This document shows positions 28,450 through 38,900 of a DNA stretch of 64,000 nt, piece after piece. The notes beneath the pieces are model-generated. The model did not search any database, was not told the DNA's origin, and saw only the letters and a list, made by a program, of their open reading frames with translations. This DNA comes from Thermoleophilia bacterium (lineage in GTDB: Bacteria; Actinomycetota; Thermoleophilia; RBG-16-64-13). The stretch spans positions 1,389,314-1,453,313 of the forward strand of contig JAOSKU010000001.1 in NCBI GenBank assembly GCA_027493445.1, written 5' to 3'. How positions within the stretch are numbered: position 1 is the stretch's first letter; every line of letters begins with the position of its first letter. Position numbers and translations under genes: made by a program.

Positions 28450-29646
28450 TCAGAACGTCGGCACCTCCGGTTTCAGGCCCGCTACCCCGGCCAGGGCGAG
28501 AACCATCCGCCCGTAGAACCAGGAAAGCAACTGAAGATCCGCCATTTCCTGGGCCGTTGCTGGATTGTCCCTCTCGGCGGGAGTCGGAACCCAGTCAGGG
28601 TGCGCGGTCGAGTGACGAATTCGGCTGAAGCTCCGGAGAACGTCGTTCTTGACCGCCTTCCACGCTGAGCCCAGGTAGTGCTCTTGGAAGTCTTTCAGTC
28701 CCTTCTCCACTGTCCACGACTGGTTCGGCCTCGATAGCGGCTTCTCGTAGTAGCTCCGCAGTGCCGCCTCGAGCCACGTGCCCACCATCAGCTTCCGCCC
28801 GTACCAAGTGGGCTGCTGGTTGGCGGCCATCATGTGCTCAGACGCGCGCTCGATGATCCACTGCTCCTTCGACGGCTTGACCAGCCGTTGCACAAGCGCC
28901 CAGAACAGACCCGCGGGCACCGTCATATCCAACTCGGGGAACATACTGAGGAACGTGAGGACTACGGGGGTCGGTTTCTTGGCCACCTCGATGTAGGTGC
29001 ACCTCCCCCGCTCCACGCTCGACTCCATGAGCCATACCTCTTGACTGGCGAGCAGCGCGAGAGCCACTCGGATTGCCCGCGGTAGGCGTCGGGCATTCTC
29101 CTTTGTGAACCGGCCTCTATCCATAGTTGCGGTTACTTCTAGATATGGCTCTTCCTTGACGCGGCAGAGTAGGTTCACGAACCTGGTCTCGATCTGCAGC
29201 GCCCTCATAGAACCGGTCTTCTCCACCACTCGGTCCGCCACTGAGAAGCTGCCGGTCACCGCATGCGGCAACACTGGTGTCTTGACGAACTGGTACTGCC
29301 CACTCACAAGGTGTCGTGACAAGGCCCCCGGGTCCTTGATCCTCTCGATGAACAGCGCCCTGGGCGCTTCCACGGTAAGTCGCCCGTGCGCCTCGAGGTC
29401 GAACTGGTTTGCGAGCGGCACCGCCGGAATGAAAGCGCGACGACCATCCGTGAGCTCCAGTCGGAGCGAGGAGTACCTGTTCGCGGGTATCAAGCCATGA
29501 ACCATCTCGGAGAACAGCGGGGGTCTCTGAACGGACCGATCAACCAACAGGTCTACTTCCAGGCGCCCTGCTGCTTGCCAGCGCAAGACCCCCTCCCCCG
29601 CATCCAGGCGTCGCGATAACGGAAAGTACCGTCGTCGACGGTCCAT
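28450..29646 (-). CDS. Hypothetical protein with a C-terminal HEPN-like Rx4H motif (ApeA-like architecture)
   Basis: 398 aa; beta-rich N-terminus, helical C-terminus containing FSRIRHSTAHP. Confidence 0.5.
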   Translation of the reverse strand: MDRRRRYFPLSRRLDAGEGVLRWQAAGRLEVDLLVDRSVQRPPLFSEMVHGLIPANRYSSLRLELTDGRRAFIPAVPLANQFDLEAHGRLTVEAPRALFIERIKDPGALSRHLVSGQYQFVKTPVLPHAVTGSFSVADRVVEKTGSMRALQIETRFVNLLCRVKEEPYLEVTATMDRGRFTKENARRLPRAIRVALALLASQEVWLMESSVERGRCTYIEVAKKPTPVVLTFLSMFPELDMTVPAGLFWALVQRLVKPSKEQWIIERASEHMMAANQQPTWYGRKLMVGTWLEAALRSYYEKPLSRPNQSWTVEKGLKDFQEHYLGSAWKAVKNDVLRSFSRIRHSTAHPDWVPTPAERDNPATAQEMADLQLLSWFYGRMVLALAGVAGLKPEVPTF

Positions 29647-29766
29647 TCTTGGTTCTGGCGTATATCTCTCAACGCGCAGGCCTCCCCTTGGTCTCGTCAG
29701 CGCGGCCCGCTGAGCAGCAAATGGGACCCGCCGCGCTCGCGCGACCCCCGGTGCTCACGACTTGCT

Positions 29767-29798
29767 ATTGTCACCATGGGAGCGAACATGGTGACGAC
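29767..29798. promoter_or_regulatory. Site S0: dyad related to S1-S7 with a 10-bp spacer, upstream of the recombinase gene
   Basis: ATTGTCACCAT gggagcgaac ATGGTGACGAC; perfect 8-bp inverted repeat GTCACCAT/ATGGTGAC; left arm 9/11 identical to the S1/S2 left arm. Confidence 0.6.
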
Positions 29799-29821
29799 GA
29801 CTCTATCGCAAGGAGACCACC

Positions 29822-30757
29822 ATGCGCTCGACCGCTGTCAGCTACCCCATCGGATCGTTGGAAGGCTGGGAGCGTTCGCTCATGGCCTTCCTGGTCGAGA
29901 AGGAACGCCGCTCCGGTTCCCGGCGCACGGTGGAGAGCTACTCCCGCATGCTCCAGGACTTCTTCGGGCGGCTGGGCAAGGCTCCCGACAAAGTGACCGC
30001 CCAGGAGGTGTTCGTCTGGGCCCACGCCGTCGGTGTCTCCGGCAGGGACCCCTCCCCCATCACCATCGGCGCGCGCATGGCCTGCGTGTCGTCGTTCTTT
30101 CGTTTCCTTCAGCGCATGGATATCGTCGACAAGAACCCCTGCGATCGGCTGGAGCGACCCAAGACCTCGCCCTCTCCCCCGCGTGGGCTCACGGCCGACG
30201 ATGTACGTCGCTTACTGGCGGTCATCCCCGACACGCCGGTGGGTCTACGCAACCGCGCTCTGATACTCACGCTCGTACTCACGGGCCGTCGCAGGGCCGA
30301 GGTATTCCGCATGACCGCGGGCGACCTCTCCATCGAGAACGGCACCTGCTTCTACACCTACAGGGGCAAGGGGGCGAAGACGGGACGCCGCGAGCTGCCC
30401 CTACCTGCCGTCGACGCGCTCAGGGCCGCGCTGCGGGCCTTCGGGCGCGAACTGGAGGACATGTCCCCGGAGGAGTCCCTCTGGCCCTCAGGGGCGGGCA
30501 CCGGCCGTGGCCTCACCTCGGGCACCTTCTACGCCCAGCTTAGGCGCTACCTAAAGCAAGCCGGTCTGCCAGCGGCCGGGGTGCACATCCTGCGCCACAC
30601 GGCGGCCAAGCTCAGGCGGGATGTCGGCGAGTCCATCGAGGACGTGTCCCGCTTTCTGGATCACTCCTCGCTCGCGGTGACCACGACCTACCTCCGGCGG
30701 CTGGAAGGGCAGGAAGATCTGGGCTGGGGGCGGGTGGCGGAGGCTATCGGGCTGTGA
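29822..30757 (+). CDS. XerC/D-like tyrosine recombinase (intact, 311 aa)
   Basis: SAM-like N-domain (RRTVESYSRML); catalytic residues in TGRRRAE, GKG, HILRH, LDHSS..TTTY; AAGGAG RBS. Confidence 0.92.
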   Translation: MRSTAVSYPIGSLEGWERSLMAFLVEKERRSGSRRTVESYSRMLQDFFGRLGKAPDKVTAQEVFVWAHAVGVSGRDPSPITIGARMACVSSFFRFLQRMDIVDKNPCDRLERPKTSPSPPRGLTADDVRRLLAVIPDTPVGLRNRALILTLVLTGRRRAEVFRMTAGDLSIENGTCFYTYRGKGAKTGRRELPLPAVDALRAALRAFGRELEDMSPEESLWPSGAGTGRGLTSGTFYAQLRRYLKQAGLPAAGVHILRHTAAKLRRDVGESIEDVSRFLDHSSLAVTTTYLRRLEGQEDLGWGRVAEAIGL

Positions 30758-31361
30758 GCGTGCCTTGGCCGAGCAGGAGCGCAACCACCACGACAAGCAG
30801 CACGAGGGCGATCGCTTCACACCCTAACGCCGCGACGAGAAGCCAGGACTTCATATTGTTCGCACGCTGAGCGCCGCGCAGGAGAGCAGCCCGTGTGGCT
30901 GTGGTGCGCGCCAGCGCAGACGTACTCGTCTCCCCCCAGTGTGCTTGCATCATAGCCAGTGTAGTGGGTACGTCGATCTCCCGATAGCGCAATGGGAGGT
31001 TGGTCGCGAGCGCCAGAAGCGCCGCAAAGAGAAACGCAGCAGCCGTCGCCACGAGGAGCGGGGTGACGCTCGCAGGCGGGCCGTAGTCCTTCTGGCTCGT
31101 GACAACCCCGGCTACGGCAAGAAGGAGTGTCGCGAGCGCGCCAGCCGTCGTGATGACGATAATCCCGCGCTGCTCCAACGAGGCCTTGCGCGCCTCTTGA
31201 GCGTCGAGCCGCTCCGTCAGGAACGTGCTGTAGACCTCGTCCCCGTCCACGGCCTGCTCCTCGTCGCGGCTCAGATTACTCGTCGCGCGTGCGTCGCTCC
31301 GTGGCCGGCGGCGCCGCCCTCCACTCCGGGCGCGTAGGAAAGCCTTCCCAGGGATCGTCAC
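30744..31361 (-). CDS. Hypothetical membrane protein (start uncertain)
   Basis: Three hydrophobic segments; convergent with the recombinase gene. Confidence 0.5.
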   Translation of the reverse strand: MTIPGKAFLRARSGGRRRRPRSDARATSNLSRDEEQAVDGDEVYSTFLTERLDAQEARKASLEQRGIIVITTAGALATLLLAVAGVVTSQKDYGPPASVTPLLVATAAAFLFAALLALATNLPLRYREIDVPTTLAMMQAHWGETSTSALARTTATRAALLRGAQRANNMKSWLLVAALGCEAIALVLLVVVVALLLGQGTLTAR

Positions 31362-31585
31362 CCGGCGACGAAGGCGGTGTGATGGGGTTGGTCTCCTGTG
31401 GCGGAGACCCCGGAGAAGGCTGATGCTCTTCAGGCTCGGTCATCGTCCAGTCTCCCGGGTTGGGTACCTTAGCTGTCCCATCCTAGTCCCTCGGTTCGTA
31501 CCGAGTCAACAAGCTGGAGCAGGCAGCAGAGGGCGCGCCTGTTTCAGGACTAAGCCAGTGGCGGCCGACTCTCCAGCCGGTGCGT

Positions 31586-31613
31586 GTCAGCACCATTTGG
31601 TCATGGTCCTGTC
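31586..31613 (-). repeat. Site S6: putative Tyr-recombinase site, inverted relative to S1-S5
   Basis: rc GACAGGACCAT gaccaa ATGGTGCTGAC; 50 bp past the stop at 31664. Confidence 0.6.
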
Positions 31614-31663
31614 GTGTTCGTCCCTGACCACGATGTGGTATGAGACGAGAAGATGATGTTCTT

Positions 31664-32502
31664 CTATGGAGCATGGCGCCCAAGAGTCTGCGTGCCGGAC
31701 CTGACGAGGCACTGGGATGGGAGAGGCAACCACTGCCGTCTTCGGGAATGGCTGAGACTCGCTCCAACCAGGCAGTCACGCTTTCTTGAGCGAGCGAACC
31801 CCCACGCCACAGTTATTTCGTCCGTTGATCCATCGGAGTCGTCGACGAGATGCACTTTCGCAAGGCGCACAGGGCCCGGATTGGTGACGGGTGTCTCCAA
31901 GGCCGAGACGATTCTCTTGCCCTCCAAGCCCCCAGCTCTCGAGTGCTAGCCAAGCCCCGGATCGTCGTCGATCGAGCGTAGGAATCCTGAAGGGCCACTA
32001 CATCGACTATCCGAGCAAAGCGTGCCGCGGTAATCAGTCCCCTGTGGGTCAATGTCTGAGATGCAAAGACAACCGCATACTCAGACTCCTGGTCCTCCGG
32101 CATCGCTAGAACTTCTCTCTCTGCCTCGTCAGGCTTGGGAAGGTAGTGGTAGCCCGGAATAGGGAGACCCTTCCTGAACGCATCCCATGGGCCCTCCTGC
32201 CATTGCTCGGGAGTGACAAGAGGAGCGACAACCAACCGCGAGTCCTCGTCGTGGGCTTGTTGAATCTCGCAGCTCTGGCTGAGGACAACCACAGGTCCCG
32301 CCCACACTCGGACACAGTAGTCCCCGAGTGGCCCGGAACCCGCCAGATGCTCATCGTACTCGCCGAATTCGGGAAGTTCGGCAATGCTCAGCCGGCCTGG
32401 CCACCGACGACCGGCACGGGAAGAGCAGAGCTGGGCGAAATAGGAAACCGCCAAGTCGCCCTGCCGAACGGTCTTGGCCGAGGGTTTCTCGTATCGGGTC
32501 AG
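31664..32502 (-). CDS. PemK/MazF-like putative toxin with C-terminal extension; frameshift near 31940
   Basis: RQGDL near a probable CTG start overlapping the upstream stop; GPVVVLSQSCEI..RLVVAPLVT resembles the PemK fold pattern. Confidence 0.5.
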
Positions 32503-33458
32503 GCGTCCTCCTCCATTGAGTCAAGAACTGCCGCAATTTCCGGGTCTTTCCAATCGTCCGATCGTGCGACGGGAGCGACGTGATTTGCACGGGAACGTGC
32601 AAGCAGGGCAAACAACTCAGCCGGACTCTTGAGGGAGTCATAGCGTGCCTCGGGAGGAGGCGATCCCAACGCCCTGCCTGGAGATGCTCTTGTGGCAGAA
32701 GTGAATATGCGAGCAGGCCGACGTTCGGCCGCCGTTTCAACTCTGGCCTTGAAGTCATCCCATGCCTCGGCTTCAAGGAGCTGGAGGGGCGACGGCTCCC
32801 CGTGTCGGAGCCAGGTATGCAGGTCAAGCGGACGCCAAGCTCTGATCACCGAGAGAACGTCCTCAAGTCGAGACAGCCTAGCCATATTCCTCTGACGGGG
32901 GCGGGTAGTCGCTGCGCGCCACGTGAAGACTGTTCTCTCAGCAATACCAAGCAACTTCGCAACCGTTCGGTTGTCGACCCCAAGCATGTCCTGCAACCGT
33001 TGGATTCGCGTCATCACTGTTGGCTCGGCAGCCACCAACGATGCACTGGAGCGGGCCCAAAGCTCGTGATACATGGCTGCATAGTTGGGGGTCGTGCAAG
33101 GCAGGGATTCAAGGCACTGCACGCGGCGGTTTCGACGCTGCGCGAGGCTGTGATAAAGCGACTCAATCCCTCCTCGACCATAATAGTCCACGAATACAGT
33201 TCCACTTGGATTCCAGTCCGTGACGGAGCCTTCGTAGCTACCCGGGATAAAGTAGGCCATTGGCGAATCGGTGAACGTTTCCCAACTTGCGGTTGTGCGA
33301 TGCACGGGACTCATCCATAGAGCCTCTGTCTGCTGCGCTTCACCTTGAGCAGGAGTGCACGGCCACCTGTCGGCCAAATAGGCACCCACTGCCCATTGCG
33401 CCCTAAAAGCAGTCCAACCCGTTTCCCGAAGGGGAGGGGCACTAGCCGGTACGCTCAT
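32499..33458 (-). CDS. Xre-type HTH protein with possible antitoxin C-domain and long N-terminal extension
   Basis: LQDMLGVDNRTVAKLLGIAERTVFTW (HTH); WLRHGEPSPLQLL; ATGA overlap with the upstream gene. Confidence 0.6.
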   Translation of the reverse strand: MSVPASAPPLRETGWTAFRAQWAVGAYLADRWPCTPAQGEAQQTEALWMSPVHRTTASWETFTDSPMAYFIPGSYEGSVTDWNPSGTVFVDYYGRGGIESLYHSLAQRRNRRVQCLESLPCTTPNYAAMYHELWARSSASLVAAEPTVMTRIQRLQDMLGVDNRTVAKLLGIAERTVFTWRAATTRPRQRNMARLSRLEDVLSVIRAWRPLDLHTWLRHGEPSPLQLLEAEAWDDFKARVETAAERRPARIFTSATRASPGRALGSPPPEARYDSLKSPAELFALLARSRANHVAPVARSDDWKDPEIAAVLDSMEEDA

Positions 33459-34267
33459 TTCGCAACCTCTTCGCCGCCAAAGTCTCGAATCAGCGCGTCT
33501 GTCACCGAGCCGCGGAAGAACGACCAGACGGAGTCTTTTAGGGACTGGAGAGTAGGAAAGATCACGTCCTGTCTGAACGCCCCCCTCGCCTGTACAAAAG
33601 CGTCAATGTCCAAGACGTACATGAGACCACCCTCCGATGGGACCACGCCATGCCTGATATTCATACGATCGTCATTGAGTTCCAACAGCAGCTCCTGCAA
33701 TGATTGCCGTAAGCGAGGAATGATTGTCTCTTCTCCGACTACTCCCACCAACGAAGGTACAACATACTCTAAGCATGTACCATTATCGGGAGGGAGCATT
33801 TCATTCACGTAGCGGATCCCGATTCGTTCGTAGTACTGCACTTCGTGAGAAGACACCAAGCTATCGATCGCGAAGCTGAAGCGTTCAGAGAATTCTTCAA
33901 ACCGCGAATACTCGGTTGTTTCTAGACTGATAGCGTCCGGGGTGAGAGCTACGAGCCAAGCTCCGGACGCGTCGCGGAAGCGATAGGGACCCACGGCGGC
34001 GAAGTTCAAGCCTGGGACATCTAGTCGAGGCACGCCCTCATCTCTGGGGATGGCCATGGGGTACTGGGGCGAGACAAGTTTCTGGAACTCACCAACACTG
34101 GCGGGCTCCTCAAGAGCATAGAGATGAGGAAAGCGCACCTGGGCGATCACTGTCCGAAGGGGATTCCGCGCGAAACGCATACGGGCCCGAGGCTCAAAAC
34201 CCTTGAATGGCATGTACTCCCTCCTCGATTGCAGTATCACTGCATCCTCCCACACTGTACCCGCCAA
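33455..34267 (-). CDS. TIGR04255-family protein
   Basis: FARNPLRTVIAQVRFP, YRF..DASGAWLVAL, TTEYSRFEEF, RIGIRYVN, YVLDIDAF pattern. Confidence 0.75.
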   Translation of the reverse strand: MAGTVWEDAVILQSRREYMPFKGFEPRARMRFARNPLRTVIAQVRFPHLYALEEPASVGEFQKLVSPQYPMAIPRDEGVPRLDVPGLNFAAVGPYRFRDASGAWLVALTPDAISLETTEYSRFEEFSERFSFAIDSLVSSHEVQYYERIGIRYVNEMLPPDNGTCLEYVVPSLVGVVGEETIIPRLRQSLQELLLELNDDRMNIRHGVVPSEGGLMYVLDIDAFVQARGAFRQDVIFPTLQSLKDSVWSFFRGSVTDALIRDFGGEEVAK

Positions 34268-34417
34268 GGCAACTGCAAAACGCTGCTGTTAGTAGGCGCG
34301 TCGCGTAATGAGCGTGCCCCGTCAGACGAGCGGACCCGCTGGTGCCGCCTTTCTCCGAGTCTTGTCCAGTCCTGTCCAGTTGGCTATGCTGCGTCGAGGG
34401 GCGACTCAACCAGAACG

Positions 34418-34445
34418 CTACGCACGATCGCCTCATAGTGGTTGG
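34418..34445 (-). repeat. Site S7: putative Tyr-recombinase site, inverted relative to S1-S5
   Basis: rc CCAACCACTAT gaggcg ATCGTGCGTAG; left arm nearly equals that of S5; 35 bp past the stop at 34481. Confidence 0.6.
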
Positions 34446-35973
34446 CCTCTTTCTCCTGCCACCCGCCTCAACAGCCACAGCTACAGACGTGTGAGCTGCC
34501 GTCTCACGATATCCTCCGCCGCCTGCTTCTCCCCCAACTTCGAAAGCGCCTCGGCCTTGGCCGAATCGACGAGAGAAGCAGCCAGCTCTCCCCCACGTGC
34601 GTCGTCCAAAATCCCTTCGACATCGATCCTCTCTAGCTGCGCGTCGTCACCCTGTTCCTGTACCTGCTTCTCCCCGGCAAGCCCCTCCCACTCGGCCACC
34701 AGACCCTCATTGGCGATATCTGCCATGGCGCTCAGGGTTGTCCGCATTCGGTCAAGATCCGCAGCCGCATCCGGGTAGAGGGCCGAATGACCGGCCAGAT
34801 ACCTGCGCTCGATCTGGTGGCAGGCCGAGAGGAACTCCCCCAGTTCCGCCAAGATCTCCCTCCCGTGGTTGCACCAGCCGGCCACCTGCTCCCGGAAGGG
34901 CGTCCGATCGTAGGGGCCTGTGCGGGTCCAGGAGCCGTCTGACTGGTCAAGGTCGCTCAAGGTCCAGCTGCGGGCAGCGGCCAGGAGCCGGGCCCGGCGA
35001 GCCAAACGGTCTTGCAGCTCGTCCTTTTGGGACACGACCTCCAAGGGGAAGTCGGCGCTGTAGTCTGCGATCTCCTTCACCGCGACGCCGGCAAGCTCGG
35101 CGGGTCCAGTGCTTGCGTGCTCACTCACCCACCGGTTCCAGCTCTCGCGGACGAAGCCTTGCTTGATGTGGGAATCCAGCCTGCCTTTCACCCAGCGGCT
35201 GCGCCATTTGCGGTAGTCGGCCAAGCGCAGGTAGGGGCGGCCGTCGATCTTGCGGGTCTTGCCCGGACACCTCTCGAGGTGGCGGTCGGCCTCCGCAAGC
35301 AGCCGCTCGGCTTCCTCCGCGTTGATCTCCTTCCTGTCGCGGAGTATGCGGTGCCAGGCCAGGGGGTGGTCGTCTAGGGGCGGTCTAATCTCAAAGCCCC
35401 GCGTGGCAGGAAGGGCGCCGTACTCGGCCAGGAGGAGGACGTGGCGGTCGAGCCATTCCCCCTCCCCTATGGCAAGATCGTGTAGGTAGCCGTGGGGGAC
35501 GGCCTCGAGGTGAAGGACAGACCCGGCGGCAACCTGGCCTGAGTCGACCAGGGCGCCCAGGGCCTCCTCCACCGCCTCGAGGCAGGCCTCGAACTCCTCG
35601 TCGGTGACATCGGCGAGACCGTAGGTGTAGTCCTTGAGCTCGGTGAAGGAAGTGAAGGCCGCCTCGCCCGCAAAGCAGGCCCGCACCTCGTCTTCTTCCG
35701 GGAGCGAGAATCTCAGCGGAGGCACGGTGGCCGGATCGGCAAAGACCAGGTAGCTGCCGAAGGGAAGCTCCGTCTTGCGCTCCCCTATGTACTGGGCCCG
35801 CACCCAGTCGGCCAGATACTCACCGTCTGCAAGCTCCTCCCAGGTGACGACCCCGTGGGCCTGAGCGGCCTCGACCGCAATGGCCGTGTCCGGGTCCAAA
35901 GGATAGGGAAGCTCCCGGGAGAGGGCCAGCCAGCGGGACCTGTCAACCCCGATGAGACACTTCTGTTCCGCAA

Positions 35974-38900
35974 TTAGTGAGCAGCCTCCTTTGTCTCGGG
36001 TGGGTTAATCCAGGCGGCTGTCGGCAGCGCCGGTGGCGTGGGCGCCCCCCGGACGAATCGTTCCGGGTTGGCGGCGTAGGCCGAGTCGAGCACTCGCTGG
36101 CGCTCTTTGTGGATCATCTGCGCCTGGCCGTGGTGGACGGCGCTCGGAGTCATAAGCCCGATGCCGCCGTGGCGGTGAACGTGGTTGTACCAGAAGAAGA
36201 ACTCCCCCAGGAAGCTGCGGGCCTCTTCCAGCGAGAAGAAACGCTCCGGGAAATCCGGCCGGTATTTCAGCGTGCGAAACTGGGCCTCGGAGTAGGGGTT
36301 GTCCGTGGAGGTGTAGGGCCGGGAGTGGCTCTTTTGGATACCAAGATCAGCCAAGAGGAAGGCCACCGGCTTGGAGGTCATGGCCGCTCCTCGGTCGGCG
36401 TGCACGATGAGGGTGCCCGGCTCGATCTTCTGCTGGGCGGCCGCCTGGGTGATGAGGGCTTTGGCGATCTCGCCCGACTCCCGGTAGGTGACGCACCAGC
36501 CCACGCAGTAGCGGCTAAAGACGTCCAAAAGGACGTAGAGGTAGTAGTAGGTCCAGGTGGCCGGGCCCTTGAGCTTGGTGTAGGGTCGGACCGAGGCGCG
36601 GTGCCGAGGTTTCCCCGCGGTCCGTCTCCTCGGCCCGCCCTCCGAACCGGACATGCACGTCTCCACGCATCCGGCTCTCCACGAGTTCATGCCGTGCTCA
36701 CCCACGGTGTCTGGATGCAGGCGCCCCGGTAGCGGTAGCGCTCAATGGCTACCTTGTTGGGACGAAACATCTTGACGGCGCCGTCGCGTATCTGCCAGTT
36801 GGGCAAGTAGCGGCGGCTGAGAGTGCCCCAGTTCAGCCCGTGATGCCGCTTGCGCAACCAGGTAACCACCCGCCACCACGCAAAGTGGTCCAGGTAGCTG
36901 AAAGTGCGCGAGCTGACCCCGTGGCGGAAGTAGGTGCACCAGCCCCGCAGCACTGGGTTTAAGTAGCGCAGCAGGGCGGCGAGCGTTCGATGCTTCTTGC
37001 GACGAGTGAGCGAGCGCACCTTCGCCATCACCGAGGCGAGCGCCTTCTTGGATGGGTAGGTGTAGACGGCCCGCTTACCGGCCCAACCGCGCTTTCGGCG
37101 CCGCTGAATGCGGTAACCCAGGAAGTCAAACCCCTCGTCGATATGGCAGACCCTCGTCTTCTCGGCCGACAGGCGCAGGCCCACGGGCGCGAGCAGCGCG
37201 CTGACCTCGTCCCGGAGCGCTTCTGCATCACCGCGTGAGCCTCCGACCATGAACACAAAATCGTCCACATAGCGGACGAGGCGGCAGGCCGGGACCCCTT
37301 GGCGGCGCCGCTTGGCCCGGGTCCAGTACGGGCCGAGGGCTTCCCACTTGCGCGTGAAGTGCTCGTCCAGTACGGACAGGGCAATGTTCGCCAGCAAGGG
37401 CGAGAGGATCTGACCTTGAGGAGTGCCGGTGATCGTGTCCCGACTCACGCCATCCTCAGAGAGGATGCCAGCGGCCAGGAAGGCTTTCACCAACGCCAGC
37501 ACGCGCTTGTCCTTGACGCGTACCCGCACGCGGTCCATGAGACCTCGGTGCGAGATTTCGTCAAAGCAGTCCGCAATATCTGCCTCGAACACCCACTCGT
37601 AATTACGGGTGGGGGACCCGAGGTAGTGTATCTCGGCGATGGCATCCTGAGCCCGGCGCTTGGGGCGGAAGCCGTAGGAGCACGGCTTAAAGTCCGCCTC
37701 GAAGATGGGCTCGAGCACCAGCTTCAACACCGCTTGCACAGCCCGATCGCTAGCGGTCGCGATCCCCAGACGCCGGACCTTGCCGTTCGCCTTGGGGATG
37801 AGCTTCTCGCGTACCCGATCCGGGGTAAACCGGCGAGCCTTGAGACAAGCTCTAAGCTCGGCGAGGAACCCCGCGCTGTCGGTGATGGATCGCGGTGCGA
37901 TACCGTCCACGCCTGCGGAGCGTGCGCCCCGGTTGCTCCTCACCCTGGCCCAGGCCACCACCAGAAAGGCCGGGTCATAGACCAGGTTGTAGAGGTCATC
38001 GAACCGGCGGCCCGCATCGGCGACCGCCCTTCGGTGCAGCTTCGTCTGCATGGCGAGTACCCGTTGCTCGGCCTCCACGAGGCTGGGCCACGGTGCGCCC
38101 GTGTTCACCGGCGACCTTCCCGCTTCGCATTGATGCTGCGAACCCGCTGGACCCCTTCGCCATGTACCGGGCTTTCCCCGGCTCGGACTACTACGGGTCC
38201 TCCGTCCCGAGCCGCTGGCGTCCGCCGGCGACGAGCATTCCCGCCGACCAGCCTAGGGCTGGCCGATGAGGGGACCATCGGCCCGGTTCCCACGTTCACC
38301 TTGTGATCGTTCGTCGGGTTAGGTGCCCAACTATGCCCCTGCGGCTTCGCCACACCTACGCCGCAGACCTTCGGTGTGGCCTCCTGGCCGGCGACATAAA
38401 CCGACCAGAGGAGTTCCCCGCGCCTCGTGCGGGTGCGCGCCGCGACCCAGCCCATATCCGCCAGATTGGAGCTGGTGGTTCTCTCTTGAGGAGCGTTCTG
38501 ACGCTGGTTTCTCACGTACACCTTCCCGTCTTGCTTGCCGGACCCAGACCGTCTGGCAGTACCGACCCGTCCCGTCGTTGTCGGGGCTGCTTGCCGCTCT
38601 TACCGGCGTCCCCCGGTTCGAGCTGCCCCCAGCTTCACCGGTCCGCTGCGACGAACCGGCGGCGGTGTCCTTTCATCACCGCACGATCGCATGGCGCCTC
38701 GTGGCGCTCCGTATCCCAACTCCACACCCGGTTGGGCTCTTCGGCCAGTAGCTCGGGCTTGTGGTAGGCGGGATGGGTACGCTGGTTGCGCCGTTCCCTC
38801 AGCTCGCCCCGGGCGGCCAAGAGGCGGTACATGGTGCGCTCCGAGCAGAGGTAGCGGCCCTCGTCGAGAAGCGTGGCGAAGACCGCAGCCGGGGACGCAT

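Larger units (their letters stand above)
36580..38709 (-). mobile_element. Group II intron
   Basis: Domain V/VI and CCCUAC 3' end; RT ORF inside; removal restores orfB. The 5' boundary (GAGCG) is inferred from frame. Confidence 0.85.
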
